DNA from: an uncultured Chloroflexia bacterium
GTDB taxonomy: Bacteria > Chloroflexota > Limnocylindria > Limnocylindrales > CSP1-4
Reading direction: 5' to 3'
Length of the DNA: 64,000 nucleotides
NCBI GenBank assembly: GCA_963720755.1
Contig: CAVRGP010000002.1
Coordinates: 64,001-128,000 of the forward strand
Below the pieces are notes generated by a model, which was not told the origin of the DNA, did not search any database, and was given only the letters and a program-made list of their open reading frames with translations. Both the position numbers and the translations under genes were made by a program. Shown here piece after piece: positions 34,589-43,642 of this stretch (the first letter of the stretch is position 1; each line of letters starts with the position of its first letter).

Positions 34589-37500
34589 ATGCGCTTACTG
34601 AACCAATTCGTCGACTCCAACGACCGGGAGATCCGACGCCTCCAACCCCTGGTCGATGAGACGAACGCCCTCGAGGCGGAAGTCCAGGCCCTCTCGGACG
34701 ACGAGATCCGCGCCCGATTCGCCGAGTTGCGGGCCGAGGTCCTCGAGGCGGCAGTGCCCGACGAGCCGTCCGACGACGAGCTCGGCCACCCGGACCTCGA
34801 GCGACGTCGTGAGCTGAAGGCCGACCGCCGGAAGCGCGAGAACGAGCGTCTCCAGCGCGCTCTCGACGACGTCCTCCCCGAATCGTTTGCGATGACTCGC
34901 GAGGCGATGCAGCGAACGCTCGGCATGCGCCACTTCGATGTCCAGTTGATGGGTGCCGCCGTCCTCCACCAGGGCAAGATCGCCGAGATGCGGACGGGCG
35001 AGGGCAAGACCCTCGTCGCGCCGATGGCCGCCATCCTCAATGCGATGTCCGGCCGAGGCGTCCACGTCGTCACGGTCAACGACTATCTCGCCCGCCGCGA
35101 CCCGCAGTGGATGGGCCCGGTCTTCCATTTCCTCGGCGTCAGCGTCGGGATGATCACCCACGACGCCTCGTTCGTCTTCGAGCCTGGGTATCCGACCAAC
35201 GACGAACGCTTCCTCAATCTTCGCCCCGTGACGAGGACCGAGGCGTATGCGGCCGACATCACCTACGGCACGAACAACGAGTTCGGGTTCGACTACCTGC
35301 GTGACAACATGGTCCTCGAGCTCGACCAGCGAGTCCAGCGAGAGCGCAGCTTCGCGATCGTCGACGAGGTCGATAACATCCTCATCGACGAGGCCCGGAC
35401 CCCGTTGATCATCAGTGGGCAGGCGGAGGAATCGGCCGACCTGTACTTCACCTTCGCCCGCCTGGTGCCGCGGCTGAAGGGGCGACCGGAAGGCGATGAA
35501 GAGGGCGGCGACTACTTCATCGACCTCAAGGACAAGGCCGTTTCCTCCACCGAGGAGGGGATCGGCAAGATGGAGGGCTGGCTCGGCGTCGAGAACCTGT
35601 ACGACGCGGACCCGCGACTGGCCCGCCACTTCGAGCAGGCGCTGCGGGCCCACGCCCTGTTCAAGCGCGATCGCGACTACATCGTCAAGGATGGTGAGAT
35701 CGTCATCGTCGACGAGTTCACCGGGCGCCAGATGCCGGGCCGCCGCTGGAGCGAGGGCCTGCACCAGGCGATCGAGGCGAAGGAGGGCCTGCGGGTCCAG
35801 CGCGAGAGCGTGACCCTGGCGACGATCACCTTCCAGAACTACTTCCGGTTGTACGACAAGCTGTCGGGGATGACCGGCACGGCGATGACCGAGGCCGAGG
35901 AGCTCCACAAGATCTACAAGCTCGAGGTCGTCGCGATCCCGACCCACCGCGAGATGGTCCGCGAGGATTTCGCGGACCTCGTCTACCGCGACGAACCGGC
36001 CAAGTTCAATGCCCTGATCGATGAGATCGTCGAGATGCAGGAGGAGGGCAGACCGGTCCTCGTCGGCACTGTCACGGTCGAGAAGTCGGAGCTTCTGGGG
36101 ACGATGCTCAAGCGTCGGGGCATCAAGCACGAAGTCCTGAACGCCAAGTTCCACGAGCAGGAATTGGGGATCGTCGCCCAGGCGGGCCGGTCCGGCTCGG
36201 TGACCATCGCCACCAACATGGCCGGTCGTGGGACGGACATCCTGCTCGGCGGCAACCCCGCCGGCCTCGCGTCGGAGGCACTCCACAAGCGCGGTCTCAA
36301 CCCCGCCGAGGTCGAACCGGAGGTCTACGAGACAGCCCTCGCTGAGGCGAAGGCCATCACCGGGGAAGACCACGACCGAGTCGTCGCCGCCGGCGGCCTG
36401 CACATCATCGGCACCGAGCGACACGACTCGCGCCGGATCGACAACCAGCTGCGCGGTCGTGCCGGGCGCCAGGGCGACCCGGGCTCGTCGCGCTTCTACC
36501 TGTCGCTCGACGACGACCTGATGAAGCGGTTCGCCAGCGAGCGGGTCACCGGGCTCATGGAGCGGCTCGGGCTCGACGACGACGTCGCCATCGAATCGCG
36601 GATGGTGTCGAAGACCATCGAATTGGCGCAGAGCCGCGTCGAGGGCTTCAACTTCGACATCCGCAAGCGCGTCGTCGAGTACGACGACGTCATCAACAAG
36701 CAGCGCGAGACGATCTACGCCGAGCGCGACAAGGTCCTCCACAACGAGGACCTGGCCGAGACGGTCCAGTCGTTCCTCGATGAGGAGGTCGAATTGCTCG
36801 CCGACAGCCACCTGGTCGGTGACGACCCCGGCGAATGGAACCTCGAAGGGCTCAGTGCCGCGCTCGAGGCGATGGGTCTGTCGGGCGAAGGCACATCGGC
36901 CGACGACCTGTGGGAGTTGCACAGTCGCGAGGCGATCATCACCCATATCCGCGATCTGGCCGATGCCCGGCTCGAAGAGAAGGCCGCCGAGGTCGGTGAA
37001 GCCGACTGGAAGACCGTCGAGCGGCTCGTCCTCATCCGGACGATCGACTCCCTGTGGGTCGAGCACCTCACCGAGCTGGACGACATGCGCCGCGGCATCG
37101 GCCTGCGCGGCTACGCCCAGCAGGATCCGCTCAACGAGTTCAAGCGCGAGGCATTCGAGCTGTACGACGAACTGCGCGGACTCATCCGACATAGCGTGGC
37201 GACGTCCATCTTCCGGGTCACGGTCACTCGCAATCCGGCACCCATAGCGCCGGTGCCGGTCGGCGGCGCGGTCCCGAGTCTCGCGGCGGGTGGCGGGGAT
37301 GTGGCCGCGACGAAGGGCACGACCAGCGACACCGCGACCGGCGTCCCGGCCGGTGTCCCGGTGGTCGCCGCTGCCGCTGGGACGGCCGTCCTGCGTGGCG
37401 GGCCAGGTCCGGCTCCGACCAGCGGGCCGATGCGCGAGTCACTCGGCGACCAGCCGGTCGGTGGTGCGATCGGCGGACCGGCCGGCAGCCCATCCGCCTC

Positions 37501-37603
37501 GGGCCCCAAACCCGGCTATACGCCGAGCGGCGCCAGGATCGGCCGGAACGATCCGTGCTGGTGTGGATCCGGAGCGAAATACAAGAAGTGCCACGGCCGC
37601 TGA
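34589..37603 (+). CDS. secA: Preprotein translocase SecA with C-terminal SEC-C motif
   Basis: MRTGEGKT, DEVDNILIDEARTPL, GRAGRQGDPG, GRNDPCWCGSGAKYKKCH. Confidence 0.98.
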   Translation: MRLLNQFVDSNDREIRRLQPLVDETNALEAEVQALSDDEIRARFAELRAEVLEAAVPDEPSDDELGHPDLERRRELKADRRKRENERLQRALDDVLPESFAMTREAMQRTLGMRHFDVQLMGAAVLHQGKIAEMRTGEGKTLVAPMAAILNAMSGRGVHVVTVNDYLARRDPQWMGPVFHFLGVSVGMITHDASFVFEPGYPTNDERFLNLRPVTRTEAYAADITYGTNNEFGFDYLRDNMVLELDQRVQRERSFAIVDEVDNILIDEARTPLIISGQAEESADLYFTFARLVPRLKGRPEGDEEGGDYFIDLKDKAVSSTEEGIGKMEGWLGVENLYDADPRLARHFEQALRAHALFKRDRDYIVKDGEIVIVDEFTGRQMPGRRWSEGLHQAIEAKEGLRVQRESVTLATITFQNYFRLYDKLSGMTGTAMTEAEELHKIYKLEVVAIPTHREMVREDFADLVYRDEPAKFNALIDEIVEMQEEGRPVLVGTVTVEKSELLGTMLKRRGIKHEVLNAKFHEQELGIVAQAGRSGSVTIATNMAGRGTDILLGGNPAGLASEALHKRGLNPAEVEPEVYETALAEAKAITGEDHDRVVAAGGLHIIGTERHDSRRIDNQLRGRAGRQGDPGSSRFYLSLDDDLMKRFASERVTGLMERLGLDDDVAIESRMVSKTIELAQSRVEGFNFDIRKRVVEYDDVINKQRETIYAERDKVLHNEDLAETVQSFLDEEVELLADSHLVGDDPGEWNLEGLSAALEAMGLSGEGTSADDLWELHSREAIITHIRDLADARLEEKAAEVGEADWKTVERLVLIRTIDSLWVEHLTELDDMRRGIGLRGYAQQDPLNEFKREAFELYDELRGLIRHSVATSIFRVTVTRNPAPIAPVPVGGAVPSLAAGGGDVAATKGTTSDTATGVPAGVPVVAAAAGTAVLRGGPGPAPTSGPMRESLGDQPVGGAIGGPAGSPSASGPKPGYTPSGARIGRNDPCWCGSGAKYKKCHGR

Positions 37604-37667
37604 GGGCGGCCTCGGATCCTCGTCTGGTTCGCCAGGTGGGCCATCCGGCGATCAACGGATTTCCCTC

Positions 37668-37696
37668 TTGGCGACTGCGGTTTGGCCCCGTATACT
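37668..37696 (+). promoter_or_regulatory. Sigma70-type promoter for Cys-rich ORF/prfB
   Basis: TTGGCG-N17-TATACT; 10-bp palindrome CCGATATCGG at 37710-37719 near predicted +1. Confidence 0.7.
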
Positions 37697-37794
37697 GTGC
37701 CAAAACCCGCCGATATCGGACCTCCCCAGGGTCCTCTACTCGAGCCGAATCGTTTCCCCAGTCGCCTTGCCCAGCACACTGAGAGGGAGCCCCA

Positions 37795-38019
37795 TTGAAG
37801 CAGGCCGAGGAAGCATCCTTCGTCGATCTGATCGCCTGCGAGCGGGACTGCCGATCGTGCAGCTATGCCGCGGCGCTGGATTGTGACGGCAACTGCGGCG
37901 TCTGTCCGCACAACGCCTACTGCCCGTGCGTGAACCCCGTCGTCGCCCGGAGCAAGACGGCGCTGCGGCTCATCGAGCTGCGCCCCATCCTGCTCCAGGA
38001 TCTGCAGGGCCGGAACTAG
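37795..38019 (+). CDS. Small Cys-rich protein (two CX3CX2C motifs plus CPC)
   Basis: SD GAGGGAG before TTG; GC3-rich codons; stop abuts prfB start. Confidence 0.75.
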   Translation: MKQAEEASFVDLIACERDCRSCSYAAALDCDGNCGVCPHNAYCPCVNPVVARSKTALRLIELRPILLQDLQGRN

Positions 38020-39127
38020 GTGGAAGCGTCCGCCATCCGCGACCTGGCTGAACGGATCCAGTCGACCTCGGGGCATCTTTGACCTCGAGACCAAGGAAGC
38101 CCGGGTCGCCTCGATCGAGGCGCTGACCCAGGAAGCCGGGTTCTGGGACGACGGCCGGGCCGCCCAGAAGGTCCTTCGCGAAGCGGACGGGCTGCGTTCC
38201 GAGATAGCGACATGGCGCGAGTTGCTCGTCCGTGCCGATGACCTCATCGCGGCGGTCGAACTCCTGTACGAGGGGCCGGACGCCGACCTGGAAGCCGAAC
38301 TCGAACACGACGCGGCGGCCCTCGAGACCGACTTCAAGCGCGAGCGGACCGCTCTGCTCTTCTCCGGCGATTACGACGAACGACCGGCCCTCCTGTCGAT
38401 CAGTGCCGGAGCGGGCGGGACCGAGGCGACGGACTGGACCGAGATGCTCCTCCGGATGTATCTGCGCTGGGCGGAGCGCCACCGGTTCCAGACCGAGATC
38501 CTGGACCAGCAGGAAGGCGAGCAGGCCGGTCTCAAGAGTGTCACCGTGGCCGTGAATGGCCGACGCGCGTACGGCTGGATGCGAGCCGAACGAGGGGTGC
38601 ATCGTCTCGTCCGGATCAGCCCGTTCGACTCGCAGAACCGACGCCAGACGACGTTCGCGCTCGTGGAAGTCCTGCCCGAGGCCGAGGACGATGTCGAGAT
38701 CGAACTCGACTGGGACCAGATCCGGGTCGACACCTATCGCTCCCAGGGGGCCGGGGGTCAGCATGTGAACAAGACCGATTCCGCGGTCAGGCTGACCGAT
38801 CTCAAGACGGGGATCGTCGCCCAGAGCCAGAACGAGCGGAGCCAGACACAGAACAAGGAGATGGCCATCAAGGTCCTCAAGGCGCGGCTCCTCGAGCGCG
38901 CGCTCGAGGAGAAGGAGGAGGCGGTGCGCCAGCTCAAGGGTGAGCACGTCGAGGCCGGCTGGGGCAACCAGATCCGAAGCTACGTCCTCCACCCGTACCA
39001 GATGGTCAAGGACCTGCGGACCGGGTATGAGACCGGCAACACGGGGGCCGTCCTCGACGGCGACCTCGACGCATTCATGCAGGCAGAACTCGAGCGGGTG
39101 ATCGGCGAGGAAGCGGTCGCCACGTGA
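38020..39127 (+). CDS. prfB: Peptide chain release factor 2 with programmed +1 frameshift
   Basis: GTG 38020, CTT TGA C at 38077-38083; +1 frame gives FWDD, SPF, GAGGQHVN, WGNQIRSYV. Confidence 0.97.
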
Positions 39128-40104
39128 CCTCGGCCCGCCGGTCGGAGGGGATCGCCGACCGGCCATCGATCCGACCGGTCACACCGGACGAGTTGACGAT
39201 CTGCGCCGATGTCCTCCGCACGTCGGTGAACGACTACACCGGCCGCCTCGGCCAGCCCGAGATGCCGCCCGACTCGGCTGCGGTGGTCCGCCTGTTCGGA
39301 CACCTCCATTCGACCGATCCGGACCGATTCGTGGTCGCCACCGTTCCCGGGGCTGGGCCCGAGGGCGAGCGGATCGCGGGTTTCGCCTCCGCCTACGTCC
39401 GGGAGGACCTGTGGTACCTGGCTATGCTCTTCGTGCTACCCGGATCCCAGGGTGCCGGGCTGGGACGCCGGCTGTTCGCCCGGGTGGACGCAGTCGATCG
39501 ATCGATGCGTCGCGGCGTGGCCACAGACAGCGCCCAGCCGATCTCGAACGCGATGTACGCCGCCGAGGGCCTTGTCCCGAGGATGCCGCTGTTCAACCTC
39601 TCCGGGTTGCCGCGGCAGGTGGACGCATTTGGGGCGCTGCCGTCCGGGGTCACCCCGCTGGCGTTCGATGAGATCGCCGCGGGCGCGCCCGATGGCCAGG
39701 GTCACCGCATGCTCGTCGACGCGATCGACGGGATCGACCGCGCCTGCCTGGGCGTCGCCCACCCGACCGACCATCGCTTCCTGAGGCTGGAGGACCGGCA
39801 TGGTTGGTTGTATCGGGGCGCGGACGGGACGCCCGTCGGATACGGCTATGCCGGTGAAGCCGGGCGCATCGGGCCGATCGCCGTCGTCGATCCGGCGCTC
39901 GTCGCCCCGGTTATCGGACACCTGATGACGGCCGTCGTTCCGCGTGGAGCGTTCGCCCTCTGGATCGGTGGCGATGCCGACCGAGCCATGACCGCTGCGC
40001 TCCGGGCGGGTCTTCGGACCGATCCGTTCCCGGTCCTGGTGGCGTGGGATCGCCCCTTCGCCGACTTCTCCCGCTATCTGCCGCGGTCGCCCGGGCTGCT
40101 CTGA
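39124..40104 (+). CDS. GNAT-family acetyltransferase (two-domain)
   Basis: LFVLPGSQGAGLGRRL acetyl-CoA motif; GRIGPI second domain. Confidence 0.85.
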   Translation: MTSARRSEGIADRPSIRPVTPDELTICADVLRTSVNDYTGRLGQPEMPPDSAAVVRLFGHLHSTDPDRFVVATVPGAGPEGERIAGFASAYVREDLWYLAMLFVLPGSQGAGLGRRLFARVDAVDRSMRRGVATDSAQPISNAMYAAEGLVPRMPLFNLSGLPRQVDAFGALPSGVTPLAFDEIAAGAPDGQGHRMLVDAIDGIDRACLGVAHPTDHRFLRLEDRHGWLYRGADGTPVGYGYAGEAGRIGPIAVVDPALVAPVIGHLMTAVVPRGAFALWIGGDADRAMTAALRAGLRTDPFPVLVAWDRPFADFSRYLPRSPGLL

Positions 40105-40279
40105 ACCGGGCCCGGCGATGAGCGCCCGGTCCGTTCGGGAGCCCGGCGCCACGTTTGCCGGACCTTCGGGCGGGTGGTAGCCTCGACGCCGATGAGGCTC
40201 CCCTGTCGTGCCTGCGGACGGAGTCGACCGTGACGATGTGCGGCGCCGCCCGCCATCAAGCTTGCCCGCGGAGCCGAAT

Positions 40280-41056
40280 GTGACCGTCGCCCCAGCCCCG
40301 AGCGCCACGCGCTCGATCCGCAGCCGCGTCCTTGGCCGGACCCGAGATCAGGCCAGTCAGGAGCGCGCCGTGCTCGTCATGCACGACGTGACGAAGCAAT
40401 ACCCCAATGGCAAGATCGCGCTGCGCGATGTCGATCTGGTCGTCCCCGAAGGCGCGTTCGTCTTCCTGGTCGGTCCGTCCGGCGCGGGCAAGTCCACCCT
40501 CATCAAGCTGCTCATCCGCGATGAGGTGGCGACCCGCGGGGCCGTCGTCCTCGATGGCCAGGATGTCGCTCGACTCAGCCGCCGTCAGGTTCCGAAGATG
40601 CGGCGCAAGATCGGGATCATCTTCCAGGACTTCAAGCTCCTGCCGTCCAAGACCGTGTTCGAGAACGTCGCCTTCGCCCTCGAGGTGACGGGCACGCCCC
40701 GTCGCAAGGTCCGACCGGCCGTGGAGAGCGTCCTCGCCCTGGTCGGCCTGACCGCCCAGTCCCAACAGAAGCCCTCGCAGTTGTCGGGCGGCGAACAGCA
40801 GCGCACGGCGATCGCCCGGGCCCTGGTCCACGACCCGCGGCTGATCATCGCCGACGAACCCACGGGCAATCTGGATCCGCTCATCAGCTGGGAGATCCTG
40901 CAGCTTCTCCTCCGGATCAATGAACTCGGCGTCACGGTGATGATGGCGACCCACAACGCGGAGGTGGTGACCGCGCTGCGCAAGCGGGTCGTCGCCCTCG
41001 AAGAGGGCCGGATCATCCGCGACGAGGTCGGTGGCGCCTACCATCGCGAAGACTGA
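40280..41056 (+). CDS. ftsE: Cell division ATP-binding protein FtsE
   Basis: GPSGAGKST, IFQDFKLL, LSGGEQQR, ADEPTGNLDP; followed by ftsX; start uncertain. Confidence 0.93.
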   Translation: MTVAPAPSATRSIRSRVLGRTRDQASQERAVLVMHDVTKQYPNGKIALRDVDLVVPEGAFVFLVGPSGAGKSTLIKLLIRDEVATRGAVVLDGQDVARLSRRQVPKMRRKIGIIFQDFKLLPSKTVFENVAFALEVTGTPRRKVRPAVESVLALVGLTAQSQQKPSQLSGGEQQRTAIARALVHDPRLIIADEPTGNLDPLISWEILQLLLRINELGVTVMMATHNAEVVTALRKRVVALEEGRIIRDEVGGAYHRED

Positions 41057-41059
41057 CCG

Positions 41060-41944
41060 GTGATCACCTTCGTCCTGTTCAGCCTCAAGCGCGCCTGGCA
41101 GGGCTTCTGGCGCAATGCCGTCATGAGCCTGGCCGCGACTGCCACGATGGTCCTGATGCTGCTCCTGCTGGCCGGGTTCTGGATCATCCAGACGGGCTTG
41201 CTGGCCGGGCTCCAGTTCACCGAGCAGAAGGTGGAAGTCGTCGCCTACCTCCAGCCGAACGCGACCGATATCCAGGTCGAGACGCTCCAGGCCCAGCTCC
41301 GGACGATGCCCGAGGTGGCCGAGGTCACCTACGTCAGCCGCGACGAAGCCCTCACCCGGTTCCGCGAGTCGATGGCCGCCCAGGGTCGCGAGGATCTCAC
41401 CAGGTACCTCGATTCGAACCCGCTGTACGCCAGTCTCGAGGTCAAGATGGTCGACCCATCACAGATTCGGATCGTTGGCGACGCGTTGCGGGGCGACCCG
41501 AGTGTCCGCAACGTCATCAACATCGAGGATCTCGTCGATCGCGTCCTGACCGTGACCGGCATCCTCCGGACGGCCGGAACGGTCGTCCTGGTGATCGTCG
41601 GTGTCATCGCCCTGTTCATCATCATCAACACGATCCGGCTGGCGGTCCTGGCCCGGGCCGAGGAGATCGAGGTGATGCGCCTGGTCGGTGCGTCCGACGC
41701 ATTCATCCGCTGGCCGTTCGTGTTCGAGGGAGCGCTGGTCGGCCTCCTCGGATCGGTCCTCACGCTCGCCATCCTGGCCGCCGTGGCGGATCCGCTGAGT
41801 GCCTTCATGGCCGATTTCTTCCGGGTCCTGCCGCTCCAGTTCGGTTCGCTGACGCGCGACCTGGTGACGCTCATCATGGGCGCCGGCGTTGGCCTGGGGA
41901 TCCTGGGCTCGTGGCTGTCGGTCCGGACCTACCTCATCCGCTGA
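41060..41944 (+). CDS. ftsX: Cell division permease FtsX
   Basis: INTIRL...EIEVMRLVGASDAFIRWPFVFEG. Confidence 0.95.
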   Translation: MITFVLFSLKRAWQGFWRNAVMSLAATATMVLMLLLLAGFWIIQTGLLAGLQFTEQKVEVVAYLQPNATDIQVETLQAQLRTMPEVAEVTYVSRDEALTRFRESMAAQGREDLTRYLDSNPLYASLEVKMVDPSQIRIVGDALRGDPSVRNVINIEDLVDRVLTVTGILRTAGTVVLVIVGVIALFIIINTIRLAVLARAEEIEVMRLVGASDAFIRWPFVFEGALVGLLGSVLTLAILAAVADPLSAFMADFFRVLPLQFGSLTRDLVTLIMGAGVGLGILGSWLSVRTYLIR

Positions 41945-42057
41945 CGGTCGTCGGCGCCACCGGGATCGTCGGCCCGACCAGCGTCGACCGCCCTCGTTCG
42001 GGACCCGTTGTACCCTAAGCGCCCCTTCCCGTCCCCAGCATGCAGGACCGATCAGCG

Positions 42058-43437
42058 ATGGCTCCCGTCGACCCGACCTCGTCCATCCCTGCCGAGCCGG
42101 TCGTGATCGCCGATCCGGTCGAACCGACCGAACCCGGCCTACCCGACCCGCCCGAGCCGGTTGCGTCAGCCACCGTCCAGCCGCGGCGGATCCCGCTGCT
42201 GGCGATCTCGATCGCCCTGGTCGCGGTCATGGCCGGAGCGTCACTGTTCCTGTCGGGCTACTCGCTCGGGCGGCAGGCCGCGTCCGACCCCGGGACGCCA
42301 GCGGCCGATTCCGAGGCGTTCCAGCCCTTCTGGGACACCTACCACATGATCGCGGACCGGTTCGCCGGCGGTCCGGTCGATCGGGAGCTCCTCATCCAGG
42401 GCGCGATCCGAGGGATGATCGACTCGCTCGGCGACCCATTCTCGGCGTATCTGACCGCGGATGAGTACCGCCAGAGTCTGCAGGGGATCAGCGGCCAGTT
42501 CGAGGGGATCGGCGCCGAGATCGGCACACAGGCCGGTGACGGGACCGCGGGCTGTACACCGCTGGGTCCGTCGTGCCGACTGGTCATCACCCGGCCCATC
42601 CCGGGTTCACCGGCCGAAGCGGCCGGGCTGGCTCCGGACGACATCGTCGTCGAGGTCGATGGGAGGTCGGTCGACGGGCTGACCGTCGACGGGGCCGTCC
42701 AGCTGATCCGGGGGCCGAAGGGTACCGACGTGACCCTGACCATCCAGCGCGGGACGGGCGCGCCGATGGACCTGGCGATCACCCGCGACGTCGTCCAGCA
42801 GCAGGAAGTCGCCAGCAAGGTCCTGGCCGACGGGACCGTCGGCTATGTCAAGGTCGCCGGGTTCTCGGACGCCTCCGCCGACCAATTCGTCGAGGCGCTG
42901 ACAGCTCACCTGGCCGCCGGGCGGACAGACCTCGTCCTCGACCTTCGCGGCAACCCGGGTGGGTACGTCACCGCCGCTCGCAAGATCGCCAGCCAGTTCA
43001 TCGCCTCCGGGCCGGTGTTCTGGGAGCAGGACGCCCAGGGCCGGCAGGTCGCGACGAACGCGCTAGGCGGCGGGATCGCCACCGATCCATCGATCCGTCT
43101 CGTGGTCCTGGTGGACGGCGGGAGCGCATCCGCAAGCGAGATCGTGGCCGGGGCCTTGCAGGACACGGGCCGGGCGACGCTGGTCGGCCGTCAGTCGTAC
43201 GGCAAGGGTACGGTCCAGCAGTGGCAGGAGCTGAGTGGCGAAGGCGGTGCGTTCAAGCTGACGATCGCTCGGTGGCTCACGCCCGACAAGCGCTGGATCA
43301 ATCAGGTCGGCCTGACCCCGGACGTCGTCGTGACGCTCCCCGATCCGGTGCCGGCCGGCTCGGATCCCGACCTGGACAAGGCGATCGAGATCCTCGGCGG
43401 GGCCGCTCAACGGGGTTCCGATCGCCTCGCCGCGTGA
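42058..43437 (+). CDS. S41A carboxyl-terminal processing protease (PDZ)
   Basis: FEGIG, DLRGNPGG, SASASEI, GKGTVQ; N-terminal TM. Confidence 0.94.
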   Translation: MAPVDPTSSIPAEPVVIADPVEPTEPGLPDPPEPVASATVQPRRIPLLAISIALVAVMAGASLFLSGYSLGRQAASDPGTPAADSEAFQPFWDTYHMIADRFAGGPVDRELLIQGAIRGMIDSLGDPFSAYLTADEYRQSLQGISGQFEGIGAEIGTQAGDGTAGCTPLGPSCRLVITRPIPGSPAEAAGLAPDDIVVEVDGRSVDGLTVDGAVQLIRGPKGTDVTLTIQRGTGAPMDLAITRDVVQQQEVASKVLADGTVGYVKVAGFSDASADQFVEALTAHLAAGRTDLVLDLRGNPGGYVTAARKIASQFIASGPVFWEQDAQGRQVATNALGGGIATDPSIRLVVLVDGGSASASEIVAGALQDTGRATLVGRQSYGKGTVQQWQELSGEGGAFKLTIARWLTPDKRWINQVGLTPDVVVTLPDPVPAGSDPDLDKAIEILGGAAQRGSDRLAA

Positions 43438-43446
43438 CGGCCACTC

Positions 43447-43475
43447 TTGCACTCCAGGAAAGCATCGAGTACGGT
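43447..43475 (+). promoter_or_regulatory. Sigma70-type promoter upstream of small ORF and smpB
   Basis: TTGCAC-N17-TACGGT. Confidence 0.65.
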
Positions 43476-43503
43476 TCGCGGGAACGAAAGGAGGTGATGT
43501 GCA

Positions 43504-43554
43504 GTGAGTGACAGTATGCCTAGCTGCACCACCTCGCAGGAGATGGCCGTCTAG
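43504..43554 (+). CDS. Putative 16-aa peptide MSDSMPSCTTSQEMAV
   Basis: 11-nt perfect SD AAGGAGGTGAT at 43488-43498, GTG 5 nt later, TAG 43552-43554. Confidence 0.55.
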   Translation: MSDSMPSCTTSQEMAV

Positions 43555-43583
43555 TCGGACACCCTGTGGGTGGTACGCAACTC

Positions 43584-43613
43584 GGACGCCGGCCCGCACT
43601 CGGGCCGGCGTTC
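43584..43613 (+). terminator. 13-bp GC-rich hairpin (terminator/attenuator-like, weak U tract)
   Basis: GGACGCCGGCCCG-CACT-CGGGCCGGCGTTC. Confidence 0.6.
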
Positions 43614-43642
43614 GTGCGCCCAGCCCGAGAAGGAGCCATCCC

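Noticed and set aside
31849-36626. TTG codon reassigned to Ser
   Set aside because: Other TTG codons sit at conserved Leu positions (GyrA EARLT, DnaA GAELGG); the effect is context-specific
34595-37192. Long antisense ORFs opposite secA, gyrA, glyA, the Mo-subunit and others
   Set aside because: Typical stop-poor antisense frames of GC3-rich genes with no recognisable motifs
38020-38221. prfB as a pseudogene or sequencing frameshift
   Set aside because: Break is at the canonical CTT-TGA-C programmed +1 site
40192-40233. Leaderless CxxC micro-ORF MRLPCRACGRSRP before ftsE
   Set aside because: 13 codons, not coupled to the ftsE start, indistinguishable from chance without conservation data
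43488-43498. Fragment of a 16S rRNA gene on the minus strand
   Set aside because: Only 11 nt match; flanks do not continue into 16S sequence, so better read as an SD
43480-43615. Coding piece of a two-piece tmRNA beside smpB
   Set aside because: No tRNA-like ends, and a complete one-piece tmRNA is at 47252-47626
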